Shown in pieces: positions 11,500-22,086 of a stretch of DNA of 64,000 nt. The notes under the pieces were generated by a model, which was not told the DNA's origin, made no database searches, and worked only from the letters and a program-made list of their open reading frames with translations. Numbering within the stretch: position 1 is the stretch's first letter; the number at the start of each line of letters is the position of its first letter. Both the position numbers and the translations under genes were made by a program. The stretch is from an uncultured beta proteobacterium (GTDB lineage Bacteria > Pseudomonadota > Gammaproteobacteria > Burkholderiales > Nitrosomonadaceae): NCBI GenBank assembly GCA_963831395.1, contig CAWHQD010000031.1:23483-87482 (forward strand), written 5' to 3'.

Positions 11500-12279
11500 A
11501 TGAAGCATAACCCGACAACGGCTCTATTGTTAGTGTGCGCCTTACTGTTTACGGGTTGTGCCAGCACGCGGCAGAACAACGCGAGCATGGATACGGTTGA
11601 TCCCAATGAAGAAACCAATCGGAAATTTTATAACTTTACGGATATGGTCGACCGGAACGTTCTTGCCCCGGTCGCCGATGTTTATATAAAGTATGTGCCT
11701 GACCCCATGCAGCGTTCAATTGGAAATTTCTATGACAACCTTGCATATCCGAACGTTATCCTGAACGATTTTTTACAGGGAAAGGTACGGCAGGGTTTTC
11801 AGGATAGCATGCGCTTCGTGGTCAATTCGACAATCGGTGTGGGCGGACTTTTCGATATGGCGGCGCCCATGGGCCTGCCGCAACATGACGAGGATTTTGG
11901 GCAAACACTTGGTGTTTGGGGTGTCGATACCGGATCTTACCTTTTTGTTCCCCTGATCGGTCCCAGCACCTATCGCGATGCGCCGGGCATTCCCGTGAGT
12001 GTTTTCAGCAATCTTTTGTTTTATGCCGGATCTTTTGCCAGTACCGCAATTGTTGGCCCTGTCACGGTTTTAAGTATCATTGATAGACGGGCCAGGTTAT
12101 CCGGCCACATGCGGGTTCGAGACCAGGCGGCGCTGGATCCTTATCTGTTTGTGCGAGAGGGATTTTTGCAGCAGCGCAAGCATTTGATTTATGACGGCGA
12201 CCCGCCGCCCGAGAGCTACGACGATCCGATTGACGATGATGCAGTACAGAATGAATCCAAAGCCGAGTCGTTACTCTGA
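11500..12279 (+). CDS. mlaA: VacJ/MlaA family outer-membrane lipoprotein
   Basis: Lipobox FTGC, DPNEETNR, NSTIGVGGLFD, EDFGQTLG and GPST.RD motifs. Confidence 0.9.
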   Translation: MKHNPTTALLLVCALLFTGCASTRQNNASMDTVDPNEETNRKFYNFTDMVDRNVLAPVADVYIKYVPDPMQRSIGNFYDNLAYPNVILNDFLQGKVRQGFQDSMRFVVNSTIGVGGLFDMAAPMGLPQHDEDFGQTLGVWGVDTGSYLFVPLIGPSTYRDAPGIPVSVFSNLLFYAGSFASTAIVGPVTVLSIIDRRARLSGHMRVRDQAALDPYLFVREGFLQQRKHLIYDGDPPPESYDDPIDDDAVQNESKAESLL

Positions 12280-12451
12280 AGTTTGATTCAGTGGGCGACG
12301 CCTTTCCGAAGTCCTCGAATCGCTCGCAGCATTATATTCAGATAGCTCAATGCAAGCTTTACTGTTTCTTTAAAGCTTTGTAATCACTTTCATGCCAACC
12401 GAGTGGAATTCATACTGAATTCCACCGTGAGGCAGCTTAGGTAAAAAATAT

Positions 12452-14399
12452 ATGAAAAGATTTGGAGGTGCCGCCAAATTGTCTTTGCAAGATCCATACC
12501 AGAGTTCAGCCAGCATAACGCCACTGGAAGATGGGCTCGCAGCAGCGCGCAATGCCCTGCTGTCAACGCAGAAGGAGGATGGTCATTGGTGTTTTCCGCT
12601 GGAAGCGGATTGTACGATTCCAGCCGAGTATGTGCTGATGATGCATTTCATGGATGATGTGGATGTGGACCTGGAAGTCAGGATTGCACGATTTATCCGT
12701 GAAAAACAGGATTCCGGCCATGGCGGATGGCCCTTATATTATGGCGGGGATTTCGATCTAAGTTGTACAGTCAAGGCTTATTACGCCTTGAAAATAGTAG
12801 GCGATGCGCCGGATGCGCCGCATATGAAGCGAGCGCAGAGCTGCCATCCTGAAACACGGAGGGGCGGCGCGGGCCAATGTGTTTACGCGGATATTGCTCG
12901 CCATGTATGGGCAGATTCCCTGGCGCGGCGTTCCATTTGTACCGGTGGAGATCATACTGTTGCCGCGGTGGTTTCCTTTCCACCTGAGCAAGATCGCATA
13001 CTGGTCTCGTACCGTTACGATACCGCTGTCCATTCTATGCAGCTTGAAAGCACGTGCAGCAAATCCGCGCAAGGTTCATATTCGCGAATTGTTTACCGTG
13101 GCTCCCGAGGACGAGCGAAATTATTTTCCGGTGCGTACTCGCCTTAACCGTCTGTTTTTAATGCTGGAGCGTACCGCTTCCATATTCGAACCATTTATCC
13201 CGCAGGGTCTGCGCCGTCACGCGCTACGCCGCGCGGAACGCTGGATAGTGGAGCGGCTTAACGGCGATTCGGGCCTGGGGGGAATCTTTCCGGCAATCGT
13301 GAACGCAGGCGAGGCCCTCGCGTTACTGGGCTATCCCTATGAGCATCCGTACCGCGAGCAATGCCGTGAGGCTCTACGTGGACTGCTGGTGGACGAAGGC
13401 GAGCGTGTCTGGTGTCAGCCCTGCGTATCGCCCGTATGGGACACCGTCCTGACGTGCCTCGCCTTGCAGGAGGAAGCCGACGCGGATCAGAAGCCCATCC
13501 GGGAAGCGCTTGAATGGCTCATTCCACATCAGATACTCGATGCGCCCGCGGACTGGCAGGAAGAACATCCTGACCTGCCAGGCGGCGGCTGGGCCTTCCA
13601 GTATGCCAACCCACATTATCCGGATCTGGACGACACTGCTGCGGTGGCGTGGGCTTTGCATCAGGCAGACCCTCAAGCTTACCGCGAAAGCATAGTACGG
13701 GCCGCGGACTGGCTTGCAGGCATGCAGTCGCGAAATGGCGGCTTTGCCGCGTTTGATACCAACAATACTTATTATTATCTCAACGAAATTCCATTTGCCG
13801 ACCATGGCGCCTTGCTCGATCCGCCTACCAGCGATGTGACCGCCCGATGCACTGGTTTTCTTGCCTTATGCGGTGAGTCCAGGCATAGGGATGCAGTGGA
13901 GCGGGGCCTGACTTATTTATTCCGCGAGCAGGAATCCACCGGAGCGTGGTTCGGCCGTTGGGGAAGCAATTACATTTACGGGACCTGGTCGGTACTGGAG
14001 GCCTTTCGCCTTGCCGGTCTTGATACCAATCACCTTGCCATTCGCCGCGCGGTACAGTGGCTGAAGTCCGTGCAGCGCGACGATGGCGGTTGGGGCGAAA
14101 GTAACGACAGCTATGCAGAGCCCCAGAAAGCCGGACAGTTCGAAAGGAGCACATCTTTCCAGACGGCCTGGGCCTTGCTGGGCTTGATGGCGGCGGGTGA
14201 AGGACACAGCAATGAAGTGCGCCGTGGCATCGAGTACTTGTTGCGCGAGCAGAGCGGTGATGGACTGTGGTATGAACCCTGGTTTACCGCTCCCGGCTTC
14301 CCGAGAGTTTTTTACCTAAAATATTACGGGTATTCGAAATATTTCCCGTTATGGGCCCTGACCAGATTCCATGCGCTGACCCGGAAAATTTCCGCGTGA
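12452..14399 (+). CDS. shc: Squalene-hopene cyclase (frameshift ~12836)
   Basis: QW repeats (QKEDGHW, QRDDGGWGES), catalytic YPDLDDTA, GFPRVFYLKY. One extra base in GCGCAGAGCTGCC joins the two ORFs. Confidence 0.93.
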
Positions 14400-15151
14400 G
14401 CGTTGGCATTGTCGCGGCAATGCGAGTGGAGGCACGTTGTATCACATCGCGCCGCCTGCCCTTTAATCAACGGATCAGTCTCGGAGAGAACGCGTCGATA
14501 TGGCTCTGCGGGATGGGCGAGGAGGCGGCGCGCGAAGCAGCAGAAGGATTGAGGGCAGGTGGCTCGACCGCTCTGATGAGTTTTGGATTTGCAGGCGCTT
14601 TGCACCCGGATTTGCGTCCAGGAGACCTGATATTGCCTGAGTCCATCCGTTTCGGTCACTCGTTTGAAGTTGACTTGAGTTGGCGTGATCGCCTGCGGCA
14701 GCGTCTTCCCGGCTACTTGCGCATTGGCGGCGGGGTGTTGGCTGCGAGCAGGACAGTCGTGACCTCGACCACTGCGAAACGTGAACTGGCGCAAACTGAC
14801 GGAGCGTGCGCAGTTGATATGGAGAGTGGAGCGGTGGCGGAAGTTGCCGCTCGTGCGGATTTGCCGTTCCTGGCAATACGGGCGATCTCGGATCCAGCTG
14901 GATTTTCGCCCCCTCCGGTTCTGCTCGACGCGGTACGTCAGGATGGAAGCGCGGACTTGTCCCGCTTGCTGCCGCTGCTGTTGCGACGATCTTTAACTGT
15001 CGGCACACTACTGCGGTTGGCGAAGGACTCACGCGCCGCCTGCTCTACCTTGTCAACCGTTGTGCGATATGCTGGAGCCGAAATGGGCATTTCCCGGAAG
15101 CGCCCCGAATCCGCCCAAGGATACATGGTAGACCAGGGGCGTCAAGCATGA
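14396..15151 (+). CDS. hpnG: Hopanoid-associated nucleoside phosphorylase-like protein (HpnG-like)
   Basis: SFGFAGAL.P.L.PGDL, AVDMES and AIRAISD PNP/MTA-nucleosidase motifs; GTG overlaps the shc stop. Confidence 0.75.
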   Translation: MSVGIVAAMRVEARCITSRRLPFNQRISLGENASIWLCGMGEEAAREAAEGLRAGGSTALMSFGFAGALHPDLRPGDLILPESIRFGHSFEVDLSWRDRLRQRLPGYLRIGGGVLAASRTVVTSTTAKRELAQTDGACAVDMESGAVAEVAARADLPFLAIRAISDPAGFSPPPVLLDAVRQDGSADLSRLLPLLLRRSLTVGTLLRLAKDSRAACSTLSTVVRYAGAEMGISRKRPESAQGYMVDQGRQA

Positions 15152-15315
15152 TTCCGGGATTCCCATCAAGTTTACCGCGTGTTCATCAAAGCAAAACAAG
15201 AGATATGTCATTTGGCGCCAGGGGGTATGAAATAAAATCATCACATTACTTGAGAATTAACCCTGTTAAAGAGTAAAATATCGCCCTTTCCCATCGGGCG
15301 TAATGGAGCGTAGGC

Positions 15316-15585
15316 ATGGCAGTCACAACCGATCAAAAAGCGCAGGTAGTGCGCGACTATCAACGAGCGGCTGGAGATACGGGTTCTCCCGAAGTGCAGG
15401 TGGCGTTACTGACCGCACGTATCAATGATCTATCCAGTCATTTCAAAGCGCACGTCAAGGACCATCATTCCCGCCGCGGTTTATTGCGTATGGTAAGCCG
15501 CCGCCGCAAGTTGCTGGATTATCTGAAGCGCAGCAGCGACGATAGCTATCGTGCGCTGATCGAACGCCTCGGCTTGCGTAAATAG
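15316..15585 (+). CDS. rpsO: 30S ribosomal protein S15
   Basis: [28 protein letters not shown]. Confidence 0.98.
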   Translation: MAVTTDQKAQVVRDYQRAAGDTGSPEVQVALLTARINDLSSHFKAHVKDHHSRRGLLRMVSRRRKLLDYLKRSSDDSYRALIERLGLRK

Positions 15586-15710
15586 ATATTAATCCCTGAC
15601 GAGATAGCAGTCGAATCAGTCGAGCGCTGTTTTCCAGGGAGCAGTCGAAATTCGCTCGTATCGGTTGACGCAAGGTGGAACCGCATGATTTTATCGAAAA
15701 GGCCAGTTAA

Positions 15711-17816
15711 TTGAAAATCAAGAAAAGCATTACTTACGGATCTCATCAACTAACATTCGAAACCGGCGAAATAGCAAGGCAGGCACACGGCGCAGTAATC
15801 GTAACCATGGACGATACCGTAGTTCTGGTTACGGTGGTGGGTGCAAAGCATGCCAAACAGGGGCAGGATTTTTTCCCCCTGACTGTGGATTATCAGGAAA
15901 GGAGCTACGCCGCCGGCAGGATACCAGGCAGTTTTTTCAAACGTGAAGGTCGCCCCTCCGAAAAGGAAATCCTCACTTCCCGTCTGATTGATCGCCCCAT
16001 CCGTCCGCTATTTCCTGAAAGTTTCTATAATGAAGTGCAGATCGTGGCTACGGTTCTGTCGTCGGATACTGAAGTGGATGCGGACATACCTGCGATGCTG
16101 GGCGCATCGGCAGCCCTGGTTCTCTCCGGCATCCCATTCGACGGACCTATAGGCGCCGCCAGGGTCGGTTACATGAACGGGGAATATGTCTTGAACCCGG
16201 GCGCTACCGAATTGAAGCAGGCCCAGTTGAATCTGGTGGTGGCAGGTACGCAACAAGCTGTACTCATGGTGGAGTCCGAGGCGACGGAGCTATCGGAGGA
16301 TATCATGCTGGGCGCCATTGTCTACGGCCACCAGCAAATGCAGGCGGCAATCATTGCTATAAATGAACTGGCTGACGAAGCTGGGGTGACTGCCTGGGAC
16401 TGGATACCGGCGACGCGAGATTCCGCCTTGGCGGACAAAATCGCCAGCTTGGCAGAAGGTGATTTGCGTGCGGCATTCCAGTTGAAGCAGAAACAGGTGC
16501 GATCTGAAACCATAGACAATATCTGGACAAGGGTTTTTACTGAAGTCGGCGTCGATGCTGAAGGTGGGCCGGATGCGCAAGCCGTAAAGGAAGCCTGCTT
16601 TGCTCTCGAATCCAGAATCGTGCGCTCTCAGATTCTGGATGGTGAACCTCGCATAGATGGGCGCGACACGCGCACCGTTCGTCCAATTACAATCCGTAAC
16701 GGGCTATTGCCGAGGACTCACGGCTCCGCCCTGTTTACTCGCGGCGAAACCCAGGCGCTGGTAATAGCAACGCTGGGTACGGGGCGTGATGAACAAAAAA
16801 TTGACGCGTTGCAAGGAGATTACTCCGAACGCTTCATGCTTCACTACAACATGCCCCCTTATGCTACCGGCGAGACTGGCCGCGTAGGAACGCCCAAGCG
16901 TCGGGAAATCGGCCACGGGCGCCTCGCCAAGCGAGCCCTGGTTGCCGTACTGCCTTCTCCGGAAGAATTTGGTTATTCACTCCGGGTTGTGTCCGAGATT
17001 ACCGAATCGAACGGTTCCAGTTCCATGGCGTCGGTTTGCGGTGGTTGCCTTGCCTTGATGGACGCGGGTGTGCCGTTGAAAGCGCACGTGGCAGGCATCG
17101 CGATGGGGCTGATTAAAGAAGGCAACAGGTTTGCTGTGCTGACCGATATCCTCGGAGACGAAGATCACCTGGGCGACATGGATTTCAAGGTGGCGGGTAC
17201 CGAAAGAGGCATCACCGCGTTGCAGATGGATATCAAGATCCAGGGCATTACCAGAGAGATTCTGCATGCCGCGCTGATACAAGCCCGAGAAGGGCGCATG
17301 CATATTCTTGAGATCATGAAAAACGCGCTGCCCGCCACACGCGAGGATATTTCCGAACATGCCCCGCGTATCATTAAAATAAAAATCAATCCCGAGAAAA
17401 TCCGGGATGTGATTGGCAAGGGCGGCGCGGTAATTCGTGCGTTGACCGAAGAGACCGGCACCACCATCGATATCGCTGACGATGGTACCGTTATGATAGC
17501 GTGTATCAATGCCGAAGGCGGTGAACTGGCGAGAAAGCGTATCGAAGACATCACTGCCGAGGTTGAGGTAGGAAGAACATACGATGGCACCGTATTGAAG
17601 CTTCTGGATTTTGGCGCAATCGTTAGTGTCCTGCCGGGCAAGGATGGCTTGTTGCATATTTCGCAAATCGCCAATGAGCGTGTCAATAACGTGGCCGATC
17701 ATCTCAAGGAAGGTCAGGTGGTGCGAGTGAAAGTCCTGGAGGCTGACGACAAGGGTCGCTTGCGCCTTAGCATGAAGGCAATTGCGGCCGAGGTCCCGGA
17801 CAGCGTAACGACATAA
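15711..17816 (+). CDS. pnp: Polyribonucleotide nucleotidyltransferase
   Basis: [35 protein letters not shown] and S1 domains; follows rpsO. Confidence 0.98.
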   Translation: MKIKKSITYGSHQLTFETGEIARQAHGAVIVTMDDTVVLVTVVGAKHAKQGQDFFPLTVDYQERSYAAGRIPGSFFKREGRPSEKEILTSRLIDRPIRPLFPESFYNEVQIVATVLSSDTEVDADIPAMLGASAALVLSGIPFDGPIGAARVGYMNGEYVLNPGATELKQAQLNLVVAGTQQAVLMVESEATELSEDIMLGAIVYGHQQMQAAIIAINELADEAGVTAWDWIPATRDSALADKIASLAEGDLRAAFQLKQKQVRSETIDNIWTRVFTEVGVDAEGGPDAQAVKEACFALESRIVRSQILDGEPRIDGRDTRTVRPITIRNGLLPRTHGSALFTRGETQALVIATLGTGRDEQKIDALQGDYSERFMLHYNMPPYATGETGRVGTPKRREIGHGRLAKRALVAVLPSPEEFGYSLRVVSEITESNGSSSMASVCGGCLALMDAGVPLKAHVAGIAMGLIKEGNRFAVLTDILGDEDHLGDMDFKVAGTERGITALQMDIKIQGITREILHAALIQAREGRMHILEIMKNALPATREDISEHAPRIIKIKINPEKIRDVIGKGGAVIRALTEETGTTIDIADDGTVMIACINAEGGELARKRIEDITAEVEVGRTYDGTVLKLLDFGAIVSVLPGKDGLLHISQIANERVNNVADHLKEGQVVRVKVLEADDKGRLRLSMKAIAAEVPDSVTT

Positions 17817-17924
17817 CTGTAGCCGGGCAAGATATTCCCGCCATCGTGGTTCTGTAGAAGAGAATAAACCCGCTACCGTTCCCGCCCGGCTAACCGGACA
17901 GATTCCGACAGCTTCTGATGCCAT

Positions 17925-17959
17925 AAAAAAGCCCCGATCGCAAGAGAGGGGCTTTTTTT
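17925..17959. terminator. Bidirectional terminator between convergent pnp and dksA
   Basis: A6-GCCCC...GGGGC-T7. Confidence 0.8.
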
Positions 17960-18005
17960 AATGGAGCGTGATCAAGACACGGTAGAAGAACAGGCAGATG
18001 ATGGT

Positions 18006-18428
18006 TTATTTAGCTACCTGCTTTTCCCTTATCTCGTCCAGCGTCTTGCAATCAATGCAGAGCGTCGCGGTGGGGCGGGCTTCAAGGCGTTTAAGGCCTA
18101 TTTCCACACCGCAGCTCTCACAATAACCGTAATCTCCGGTATCTATTTTTGCGATGGTCTCGTCGATTTTCTTGATTAGCTTGCGCTCACGGTCACGATT
18201 GCGCAATTCCAGCGCCATGTCCGACTCCTGGCTGGCGCGGTCATTCGGATCAGCGAAAATCGTCGCTTCATCCTGCATGGTATGAACCGTGCGGTCTATA
18301 TCCTGCCCCAATTCAACTTTAATGCCTTCCAGTATGTTCCGGAAATGCATAAGCTGCTTTGAGCTCATATAGCCTTCTCCCTTCTTCAGTTTATAAGGAA
18401 GGGCTTGTTTACGGAGTTCTTGCGGCAT
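18006..18428 (-). CDS. dksA: RNA polymerase-binding factor DksA
   Basis: DPNDRA coiled-coil tip, [15 protein letters not shown]...CIDC zinc finger. Confidence 0.96.
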   Translation of the reverse strand: MPQELRKQALPYKLKKGEGYMSSKQLMHFRNILEGIKVELGQDIDRTVHTMQDEATIFADPNDRASQESDMALELRNRDRERKLIKKIDETIAKIDTGDYGYCESCGVEIGLKRLEARPTATLCIDCKTLDEIREKQVAK

Positions 18429-18943
18429 TTTTAGTGTTCCTTCTATATTTTCAGTTACGTATGAAGACGCTTTTACAGAAAAAAGTATATTATACAGCAA
18501 GTAAATTTGCTGTCCGGCTGAAGTGCCATGCACCAAAATCATGTCCAACCAGGATAAGAATCTGAAGAAGAAAATAAAAGATAAGTTCAGGGAATATTCA
18601 TCGACGAGATAAGCTGAAGGCGTGATTCATATTCGAGAGCACCCAGGATGGCCTCCTGTCCGCCGGTTCGCGTGAAATCCCCAATGCACGACAGCACGGA
18701 TTCTTGCAGAATTTCTATTGCTTGGATACCCCCTTGAAGAAAATAAAATACCGCATCTTTATCGCGGTTGAGAAAGAAGTATTATTACAGCCAAGCCTTT
18801 TCATATCTACGCGGAATCCATGTAGCAGATGTTCCACATTTACGTCGCACTTGCCCGGCATCCATGTCAGGTTTCTTTAACACCCCTTTCCCAACGGGTA
18901 CAATACAACATTCTTATTCTTTCACTCATAAAGGAGAAACATC

Positions 18944-19168
18944 ATGTCCGGAAAAAAATCCATCCTGTCCATAGCCGCCGGCTCCGCTTTTATCGTCACG
19001 CTTGGCGCGGCGCCCGTCGCTTCCGCGGCCGACAATCCTTTTGGCATGCATGCGTTGGACGCGGGCTATATGGTCGCGGATGCTAATGAAAACAGCGGGA
19101 AAAAAGATGGTGAAGGCAAATGTGGTGAAGGCAAGTGCGGCGAGGGCAAGTGCGGTGGCAGCAAATAA
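18944..19168 (+). CDS. Secreted RiPP precursor with (GEGKC)3 repeats (HvfA/oxazolin-like MNIO substrate)
   Basis: AGGAG RBS; Sec signal ending ASA-A; NPFGMHALDAGYMVA leader; GEGKCGEGKCGEGKCGG; upstream of DUF692. Confidence 0.88.
   Translation: MSGKKSILSIAAGSAFIVTLGAAPVASAADNPFGMHALDAGYMVADANENSGKKDGEGKCGEGKCGEGKCGGSK
19109..19153 (+). repeat. Three tandem 15-bp repeats encoding GEGKC
   Basis: ggtgaaggcaaatgt / ggtgaaggcaagtgc / ggcgagggcaagtgc. Confidence 0.9.
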
Positions 19169-19312
19169 ATAGAAGTGCTCCACCTCATGAAACTCTTATA
19201 GTTGCTAAGCCGAGGGCGGCTTCCCTGTGCAAAATTCGGGCATAAGGAAGCCGATGGCCTACACTTATGGAATTGTGACATAATATTCGTCCAAAATTTT
19301 AGGAGACGATCT

Positions 19313-19711
19313 ATGCGCAACAAGAAAACCATGATTTCCCTCGCGGTAGGTTCTGCTTTTGCCGCTACGCTCGGTACCGCACCCGCCGCCTCTGCTGCCG
19401 ATAGCCCTTTCGCCATGCAATCTCTCGATAAGGGGTATATGCTCGCTTATGCCGACAAGGTAGATCCCAATAAATATGGTGGGGCAAAATCGGGCGAAGG
19501 CAGATGCGGCATGTCGATGGTAGATGTCAACAAGGATGGCAAGGTCACCAAGGAAGAATTCCTCAAGCATCATGAAGCCATATTCGACAGGATAGATGCC
19601 AACAAAGACGGTGCTGTGGACCAACCTGAAGCTGACAGCTACGGCGGCACCAAGCCAGGCCCTGGCTCCGCCCCGCCCGGCACAGCGCCGCATGGCGGGA
19701 TGAAGAAGTAA
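19313..19711 (+). CDS. Second MNIO precursor paralogue: shared leader, one GEGRCG motif, two EF-hands
   Basis: AGGAG RBS; signal and SPFAMQSLDKGYMLA leader homologous to 18944; EF-hand loops DVNKDGKVTKEE and DANKDGAVDQPE. Confidence 0.85.
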   Translation: MRNKKTMISLAVGSAFAATLGTAPAASAADSPFAMQSLDKGYMLAYADKVDPNKYGGAKSGEGRCGMSMVDVNKDGKVTKEEFLKHHEAIFDRIDANKDGAVDQPEADSYGGTKPGPGSAPPGTAPHGGMKK

Positions 19712-19725
19712 TCTAACCGGCTACC

Positions 19726-20574
19726 ATGAACCCGGGTCGGCCGCGCGTGGGACTGGGTTTTCGGCGCGAGTTGATTCCAGCGTTAAAAATCCGCGTTCCC
19801 GATGCCATCGATTTTTTCGAAATCGCTCCGGAAAACTGGATTGATCTCGGCGGTGCAGCGGGGCGCGATTTGCGCGCCTTCACGGAGCGCTACCCCTTTG
19901 TCTGCCATGGTTTATCACTCTCGATTGGCAGCCCAGCACCGTTGGACGAAGTATTACTTCATAAAATCCGACAGTTTCTGGATCAGCATCAAATTCTCTT
20001 TTATACCGAGCACCTCTCGTACTGCTCCGACGATGGCCATTTATACGACCTGCTCCCGATACCTTTTACCGAAGAAGCAGTGAAATACGTTGCGGCGCGC
20101 GTTCGCCGCACCCAGGATATCCTGGGACGGCGCATCGCGCTGGAAAATGCCTCGTTTTATTTACGTGCGCCCATTACAGAAATGAGCGAAGCGGACTTTA
20201 TCCGCGCGGTATTGACCGAGGCGGACTGCGACCTGCATCTCGACGTCAATAATGTATACGTCAACAGTATGAATCACGGCTATGATCCGGTTGAATTCAT
20301 CCGTGCCATGCCGACCGAACGCATTGTTTATATGCATATGGCCGGCCACCACAATGAAGCGGATAACATCATTATCGATACTCACGGCGCAGATGTGATC
20401 GACCCGGTATGGTCATTGCTCGATCAAACCTATAATATTCATGGCGTGGCGCCCACGCTGCTGGAGCGCGACTTCAATATCCCTCCTCTTCACGAATTGA
20501 TGCGTGAAGTCGAACGCATAGGCCTGATTCAGTCCCGTCATATCAATGCGAGCCATGTCAGCGCCGCTTCCTGA
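19726..20574 (+). CDS. DUF692 multinuclear non-heme iron oxidative enzyme (MNIO; HvfB/BufB/MbnB family)
   Basis: GLGFRR, EIAPENW, HGLSLS, TEHLS, LEN, DVNN, HMAGH, DTHG and LLERD motifs. Confidence 0.93.
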   Translation: MNPGRPRVGLGFRRELIPALKIRVPDAIDFFEIAPENWIDLGGAAGRDLRAFTERYPFVCHGLSLSIGSPAPLDEVLLHKIRQFLDQHQILFYTEHLSYCSDDGHLYDLLPIPFTEEAVKYVAARVRRTQDILGRRIALENASFYLRAPITEMSEADFIRAVLTEADCDLHLDVNNVYVNSMNHGYDPVEFIRAMPTERIVYMHMAGHHNEADNIIIDTHGADVIDPVWSLLDQTYNIHGVAPTLLERDFNIPPLHELMREVERIGLIQSRHINASHVSAAS

Positions 20575-21310
20575 ATTTCAGCGCTTTCAGTATGCGTTTA
20601 CCGCGCATATCCGCAATCCCAGGGCGAATCCCTGCCCGCGCGGCATCGAAGCGCGACGTATGCGGATATACCGGAGGCTGGTATACAGCAATCTGGAAAG
20701 CTTTCTACTGACCTGTTTCCCAGTGCTCAGGAGAGTGCTGGGAAGCCGCCGATGGACACGGCTCGTGCGGCGTTTTCTTGCCACACATCGTAGTCGCTCT
20801 CCTTTTTTTCGCCAGATACCCGATGAGTTTATCCAATTCCTGCAAAGCACCGGCGCCATCCCTGCTGATTATCCGGAATTCACGCTGGAACTTGCGCACT
20901 ATGAGTGGGTAGAGCTTGCGCTTTCCGTTTCAACGCACACCCCGGCCTGGGAAACGATCGACACTGAAGGCAGCTTGCTCGAGCAGCGCCCCGTCCTGAA
21001 TCCGGCGTTAGCCAACCTGCGTTATAACTGGCCCGTACACCGCATTGGCCCGCGTGCTCGCGTTACACCGGCAGAAACTTGTTTACTGGTATTTCGAGAT
21101 GCCAGCGATCAGGTCAGGTTTATCGAAATCAATGCTTTTACGTCGCGCCTGATAAATCTCCTGATACCTGCCGAGCAAACAGGTCAAGCGGCGCTTGAAA
21201 TCGTCGCCGAGGAAAGCCGCCATCCCTCGCCGGAAGTCGTAATTCAGGGGGGATTGGAAATCATGCGCGATTTGCAAGTGCGGGGCGCGCTGCTGGGCGT
21301 TGCAAAATAG
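20546..21310 (+). CDS. DUF2063 MNIO partner protein (HvfC/BufC-like)
   Basis: FQYAFTAHIRNP, RMRIY..LVYSN, FPVL and LELAHYEWVEL motifs; overlaps the DUF692 end. Confidence 0.88.
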   Translation: MRAMSAPLPEFQRFQYAFTAHIRNPRANPCPRGIEARRMRIYRRLVYSNLESFLLTCFPVLRRVLGSRRWTRLVRRFLATHRSRSPFFRQIPDEFIQFLQSTGAIPADYPEFTLELAHYEWVELALSVSTHTPAWETIDTEGSLLEQRPVLNPALANLRYNWPVHRIGPRARVTPAETCLLVFRDASDQVRFIEINAFTSRLINLLIPAEQTGQAALEIVAEESRHPSPEVVIQGGLEIMRDLQVRGALLGVAK

Positions 21311-21416
21311 TACCTTCTTGTTCTGTCGCCTGTGCGGCAGCTCTCCGAGCTATTACTTCTCAACCGCAGATGCGCCGTTAAAAGCTTTTATTTCGCTCGC
21401 CACGAGCTGTCCTCCC

Positions 21417-22049
21417 ATGAAACCCGACCCGTCAAATTTTAAGGAAATTTCCCATCTAACAACCGCTCGCTACAACGAGCGTGCCGAGGCCTTCTGGGAA
21501 GGGACGAAAGACCACGATGTGATGCAAAATATTACTGTCTTGTTACAGCATCTAAAGAGCAAACCGCCTTGCATGATATTGGATTTTGGCTGCGGGCCAG
21601 GCCGCGATCTCAAGGTTTTTTCGGAACTTGGCCATGTTGCAGTGGGATTGGACGGTGCGGCGCGTTTTGTCGAAATGGCCCGCAACTATAGCGGCTGCGA
21701 TGTATGGCATCAGGATTTCCTCGATCTCGACCTGCCGGATAAATACTTCGACGGCATATTCGCCAATGCTTCGCTGTTTCACGTCCCAGGCTCTGAATTG
21801 CCACGTGTATTAAGAGAGCTCAGGGCAACCCTGAAGCCCGGCGGTGTATTATTCAGCTCCAACCCGCGGGGGAACAACGAGGAGGGCTGGAACCAGGGGC
21901 GCTACGCCGCATACCATGATATCGAAGGCTGGAGACGGTATATGATTGATGCGAAGTTCATCGAAATAACTCATTACTACCGTCCCAAAGATCTACCTCG
22001 GGAACAGCAGCCATGGCTGGCCAGTTTGTGGCGCAAGGCGGATTCATAG
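21417..22049 (+). CDS. Class I SAM-dependent methyltransferase
   Basis: ILDFGCGPGRD motif I, FDGIFANASLFH, LKPGG. Confidence 0.88.
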   Translation: MKPDPSNFKEISHLTTARYNERAEAFWEGTKDHDVMQNITVLLQHLKSKPPCMILDFGCGPGRDLKVFSELGHVAVGLDGAARFVEMARNYSGCDVWHQDFLDLDLPDKYFDGIFANASLFHVPGSELPRVLRELRATLKPGGVLFSSNPRGNNEEGWNQGRYAAYHDIEGWRRYMIDAKFIEITHYYRPKDLPREQQPWLASLWRKADS

Positions 22050-22086
22050 CAAAACGCTTCGCATCCTCACTTTCACCCTCACCCTT

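Noticed and set aside
18730-18758. Sigma-32-like CTTGAA...CCGCAT upstream of the RiPP precursor
   Set aside because: Spacer of 12 nt is short and the -10 box is imperfect; insufficient support.
19109-19153. Tandem repeats as a CRISPR-like array
   Set aside because: Contiguous in-frame 15-mers without spacers; no cas genes; they encode GEGKC.
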